A stretch of DNA of 61,601 bases, taken from contig CAJNYD010000496.1 of NCBI GenBank assembly GCA_905331295.1, positions 124,001-185,601 on the forward strand. Direction: 5' to 3'. The translations under genes and the position numbers were made by a program. This document shows, one piece after another, positions 56,594 through 61,601 of this stretch; position 1 is the stretch's first letter; the number at the start of each line of letters is the position of its first letter. The DNA comes from Rotaria socialis. Taxonomy: Eukaryota. The notes under the pieces were generated by a model, which saw only the letters and a list, made by a program, of their open reading frames with translations, had not been told where the DNA came from and did not search any database.

Positions 56594-58950
56594 TTCTTTT
56601 TACTGAGTTTGAATGCCTATTGAATTTTTGTAAACATGAATCCATGAAACAACTCACAAAACATCCAGTTAATAATAGATAAGAATATGTCTTACAATGC
56701 TGTCAAGTATAGGAAACAAAATTGTGGCACAGGCAAGATTACTGGTAAATTCAGTGAATAGTGCGCTCAATACAATAACAACAAAAATTATAACAGTATC
56801 AGGAGCTCCCACAATAAATCGAAGAAAAGTGGCAATTGTAGCCGATAGATTCGATATCTAAAATGAAGAGTATATTTCTATGAAAGAAATAAGCTTATTT
56901 GTTTTGCAATATACTTTGAATCCTTCAGCAATAGCCAAACCGGCACCTTGTAACATAAATACACCCCAAGGAAACTTTTTAGATATTTGTTCCCAATGAA
57001 CGATAGGTTGATATTCCCAGTTTTCTAGGGTCAATTTTAAAATAAGAATTTTAGTCTTTTAAACTTTATCTTACTACTAAACGGATTTCTATTTGGTAGA
57101 ATAAGTGGTAATGTACCGATAAGTATTGCAACTGTAGCATCCGCAACATAACTAGATAACAATTAAAATCATCAATAAGGTAAAAGTCGCAAAATTTTTT
57201 CGGTTTACTCTTTTCGAAAAATAATTTCCCATCCAGGATAAGTTGAAAAATCACGTGTCACCCAAAGAATAACCATGGCCAAAAATAAAATTGATATTGT
57301 ATATTCTTCCCAACTGAGACGACCTAGTTCCTTATATTGTTCTTTGAGAACAGATTTTAAATGTTTTTGAGATTCTATATCATATGCGTCCATTTTTATC
57401 CATGGTAATAATCTAAATGAGGTATATTTTATTAAGATTATATTCAATATATTAAAAACTATTACTCTCTACGATTATATAAAAGTTGTAACCACAACCA
57501 ACAGATGATGAGCATCATAACACCGATAGGTAAAGCAAAGAGAAGAAAATTTGTAAAAGAAATTTCAAATGCATGAGGCCCTTCGCTATAGAAACTAGTT
57601 TGAAGAAAAAAAAGTAAAATAATTAAATAAGTTTTAGTACATAAATCAACATTATACAAATGCCTACTCATCAACAAATCCTTTAACAAAAATATTTGGG
57701 CCAGTTCCGACTAATGTTGCTAAGCCACCAATTGCTGCACTATAGGCCACAGCAATGAGAAAAGCTTTAAAAGAAATCGATAATGGCACGTATATGAGTT
57801 TCAATTTAATTCGATTAGTCATACCAGTTTTCAGTTGTCGATAGTCTATTTTATTTATCGGCGTATACTTTAATGCCATATTTGATGAGTCATCATGCTG
57901 ATTACTAGAAAATGTATAGGTATATTCTTATTATGAAGAAAATATACAAGGTAGTCATGTTATTTTAAATTTAGAAACAATAAAATAAAACTATTCTTAA
58001 CTATTTCAAAATTCAACTCACTGAATTACTTGTCCATTTAAATCTATTGGAATATTCTCTTGAATTGTGTGAATTTCTTTCAATTGCTCGTCAATACATG
58101 TTTTATTATGAAAAGCATCTTTAAAAAAGATTTTGATTATGTATTATTTATATAATTAGAACAAAAAATTGTTTTACTAGTTGATTCAATGGCTACATTC
58201 TCTTTTGACCATTGATGATCTTCCAATTTATCGACTATGGATAGGTTTTGTCTTCCCTGTTGATGGTTTTCAAGTTCATCAATAATGGCAATCGCTGCAG
58301 GTATCATGATACTTGTCGCTGCAGAATTATTAATCCACATACTCAAAAAGGCAGTCACTCCCATCAATCCAGCCATACTCCTATTGTGAATAATAGTCAA
58401 CTATCTCAATACAACGACCGAAAGAGATTAGTACACACCATTTAATTGATGAACCAACAATGCTAAGAACAAATAATCCTAGTCGTCGATGCAAACGAAC
58501 ATGTTCCATCGCATGAGCTAGCATCATGCTTCCGACAAATAATGTTGTTATTCCCTAAGAAAAATTCATTATAATAAACAAATGGTTTTGTAAGAAAGAT
58601 AGATAAAAATTGCTCACCTTAAAATAGTTCAATCCTACTTCATCACTAGATATGATACCTGCCAACGGAAAGAAGGAAAGTGGTAATATGGAAGTCACTG
58701 CATATGGAATCGCTTCAGACACCCAGTAAACCGTGAGAACAAGTACAATATAAGCACATCGTGCTTGCTTAAAACAATTGAAAACAAAATAAACAAACTA
58801 TGTTTTTGTATTTAAGAATTACATTGATTTAAGACTTACATCTGATTGAACAATTAGTGGAAGTGGTAGAAGGATAATTGGAGCGAGAAAAATGATCAAC
58901 AAGCGCCACCATTGTTTGATTAGTTTCATTCGATGAGAAATTATAGTCAT
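55612..58950 (-). CDS. SLC13/DASS family Na+-dicarboxylate/citrate/sulfate cotransporter (INDY-like), multi-exon
   Basis: YWVSEAIPYAVTSILP, AMEHVRLHRRL, FLSMWINNSAATSIMIP, AYSAAIGGLATLVGTGPN, FPWGVFMLQGAGLAIAEG, TEFTSNLACATILFP, LPIATPPNAMIFS. ATG 58948-58950. Confidence 0.95.
56220..56592 (+). mobile_element. tRNA-derived SINE-like element antisense in an SLC13 intron
   Basis: tRNA-like head 56220-56294 (A box TGACGTAGTGG, stem-loop TCTGA-TTATTAA-TCAGA, B box GGTTCAATCCC, GCCGA/TCGGC acceptor-like pairing), unrelated body, AATAAA, (TA)n(GA)n tail; no clear TSD. Confidence 0.7.
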
Positions 58951-59484
58951 TGTTCAGTTTCTATCGATATTTCGTTGTTCGATATTGTTATTACAGTATT
59001 ATTTGTGACATTTGTTCTCTATTGTATGTAATCTATTTTATATCGATGAAACACGATAAACTAAATAACTAATGTTAACATTTTTCTCTTGATAACACTG
59101 CTAAAAGTGCATCATAGGAGTCTCATAGATAAATAACAAGCAGCACTCTATTATGGGCGTATTGCAACTTTCTTTAAGTATAAAATATATGTATTCAAGT
59201 TTAGGATTAAGGGAGACAAGGATAGAGAATATTGTTCTCACTCATAACAGTCAACATATGGATAAGATAATCTTTTGATTTACTCAAGAATATATTAGTC
59301 TTTAAATTAACATATGTTTATCTTCATGCAATCAAGGCGTTTTACATAAGATCAAGGGAGGGGGGGGGAGTGAATTTTCAAAATCCCAAATCTGCCTTTT
59401 CCTCCTTGCATAAGATGCTGACGTCAAGATCATATTGATTGATAACTCATGTTAAGTAATAACAGTTAGTTTACTTGTAACCTT

Positions 59485-60020
59485 TTATATACTCGGTTTT
59501 ATGTACTGAAAAAGTGAGTGCACTCCAGAATTGGTCAGTGTGTCCGTCCGGCCGTCCGTTTACACGATAACTTTCGAAAGGAGAGTTAGATCATGATGAA
59601 ATTTTCTACACAGTTCAGCCTCATCAATGTCTCAGTCGAGTTCGAAGATGAGAAAGATCCTTCAAGAAATGGTTGAGCTATCGAAAAAATTGTCATTTTT
59701 GACCAGGCCATCCCTGAGTAGGAGTACAGGGATTTTTTTTCAAAAAACAAATTTTTCTCGGAATTATTTACAACATATATAAATCGACTCAGTTTTTAAT
59801 GCTGATTCCGAATCTGATATTAGTTTTGAACTAAATTGTAGCTTTCTAATGAAACATCGCCTGAAAAACGTCTCAAAGTGCACAAAAACTGCATCCAGAA
59901 ATCAAATTGCCTAGTTTCTCATGATAATTTTGGTGTTCAGACATTCTAGAATGACTCACATGTTCCATGCACTTTTTGCAGTACACATAACTCTCGGATG
60001 AAATCCGAAGTTTCCACATT
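59485..60020 (+). mobile_element. Helentron-associated non-autonomous element (HINE/DINE-1-like)
   Basis: T-run-flanked start TTATATACTCGG, GTCC microsatellite (GTGTCCGTCCGGCCGTCCGT) followed by ACACGATAAC, 3' hairpin TCGGATGAAATCCGA just before a T-rich end. Confidence 0.7.
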
Positions 60021-60229
60021 TATTTTTAAAGTTATTTATGTTGATCATTCTCTGAAAAACTGAAAGTGGTAACCTATCGTACAATGCTGTAAACTTGCTT
60101 GTGATAACAGAAACATATAAAATTTGAAAATCAACTTCTTTGATTAGATAAACATGTGTGATAAGTACCTGATCGTAGAAACTATAAGAGTAAGTTATGA
60201 AAAAAGGGATTATTAATTAACAGAGAATG

Positions 60230-61070
60230 AAAACGAACCGTTGTAGTTCGGTTCGGTTCGAGCCAATCCGAACTCGAACTCAAACGAGTATTTTTTAAAT
60301 CTACTCTATCCGAACTGAACATCGAACATGGTTTAATTTTTTAGAAGGCACTAAACGTAAGCGAACATAGGAGAAAAGGGGCTAATTGAAGTAAAAATTC
60401 TTCTTTAAGATTGGCATACTGTCGAAAATGATCAAAGAGCATTTGATTATTTGTTTCACATACGATTGATATAAAATTTTGTTTAAGGTTGTATTTCTCT
60501 TTATAACAATTAGACTAGCAGTCTTTTGGCGATTGGCCACTTGTACATAGTGTTATTTTTTGAATCGTTCATCTTTTTTTTCGTTGACGGTTTTTTTCTG
60601 TAAATAATAGATGACCGCTCGCCTAATTGATGATTGTGTACCATTGTACAAATATATGAATCATATTGGTTACTTTCTCTTCCTTTCTGTCTGTGACTTA
60701 TTGTCAACTGATGCTCTCATCACCTGTTCAGTTTTATTTGATATTTAAATGATTTCAAGTGATTATTCAATTTCTGATTCATCAATTCAAAGTTCATCAC
60801 CACTGCCAACTGTAATATTGAAAGATAATAATAAGAACTATAAAGTTATTTCGAATCAAAGTAAACGAGTTTCAGCTACATTTTGGAAAATAACGTGCAT
60901 GGGCTTCCCAGTCAAAAATATTGCATGATAAACATGAACCTATTGTTATTCGTGGTTTTCTGTCATGTACCAAATACTTCCAGACCTATTGCTATGTTAA
61001 CTCGACCACAGCTCATACTAAATCTCATAAATACATTAATTTACTACTACCAGATCAAACAATCAATTGA
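60230..61070 (+). mobile_element. Decayed hAT element: CGAAC subterminal repeats plus a frameshifted BED-finger N-terminus of the transposase
   Basis: CGAAC/GTTCG cluster at 60234-60366. 60749-61070 reads NYKVISNQSKRVSATFWKITCMGFP / EPIVIRGFLSCTKYFQTYCYVNSTTAHTKSHK, with one frameshift and a stop. Confidence 0.6.
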
Positions 61071-61450
61071 TCATCATAATCCTGTTCTATTTTTGCATTT
61101 AGAATCGTTTATATTTTAAGTAAAAAAAACTCAGAATTGAATCAAGCCAAAACAGATTCCATAGCTTTTTCACATTTTCTTATACCGAGCGGATTTACGG
61201 AACATTCGAATCGATTGTTTTCACAAATCAATCTTCCGTTTTTTTCTATATACACTTTTTAATCATAATATAACCTAATCAAAAATCATTCAACTGAAGC
61301 ATTGAATAGAAATTAGCCAAATCTATATAATAACAGTTTTGAGTCGTCCTTTTTTTCCTTAGTTTGATTTACACTCACATATACGCACAGAAATGAATAT
61401 TAGAATGGAAAAAGAACCCTCACATTGTCTTCAAAAACCAAAGTATTACA

Positions 61451-61601
61451 CAGGGTTGCCAGCCGTACCCCATTTGAGCCTTTTGTACCTCAAAAAAAAA
61501 TTGTACCTCTGAGGTACGCATTTTGTACCCCATCTGCATTTTTCAATGTTACGACTACTATCATCCATATTTTGGTTGAAACTAAGAAAATTTCTGTCTC
61601 T
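61451..61601 (+). mobile_element. Left end of a hAT-type element, partner end not in the window
   Basis: CAGGGTTGCCA terminus followed by repeated TTGTACC subterminal motifs. Confidence 0.6.

Noticed and set aside
56260..56606. Three overlapping short ORFs in the SLC13 intron
   Set aside because: They arise from the low-complexity SINE-like body.

Overview
AT-rich eukaryotic DNA with many short (about 50-65 nt) GT-AG introns. Gene content and style suggest a bdelloid rotifer (Rotaria/Adineta-like); this is an inference. Most entries in the ORF track are exon fragments or noise, so gene models were re-spliced by eye. Genes in order: a divergent Argonaute (-) with a degenerate slicer tetrad (D-E-A-T), an AADAC/NCEH1-like esterase (+), a Pro/Ile/Val-rich protein of unknown function (-), a GT11 alpha-1,2-fucosyltransferase (+), AMPK catalytic alpha (-) with microexons and an intronic tRNA-Gly pseudogene, an STXBP4-like PDZ/coiled-coil protein (+), an intronless MRH/ATG27-like receptor (+), trichoplein (+), a CLC-3/4/5-type Cl-/H+ exchanger (-), a small 3-exon orphan gene (-) and an SLC13 transporter (-). 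The 3' end of trichoplein is duplicated 6.5 kb downstream, with an identical 469-bp tract next to a diverged tract; the copies bracket a 5.6-kb block of TE and gene debris (hAT MITE, solo LTR, gene fragments). Other mobile DNA includes MITEs, a tRNA-headed SINE, a Helentron/DINE-like element and hAT remnants. A perfect 94-bp inverted repeat abuts the only N. I found no CRISPR array, rRNA gene or intact transposase, and no clear new multi-gene system. The best leads are the predicted non-slicing Argonaute and the trichoplein duplication.
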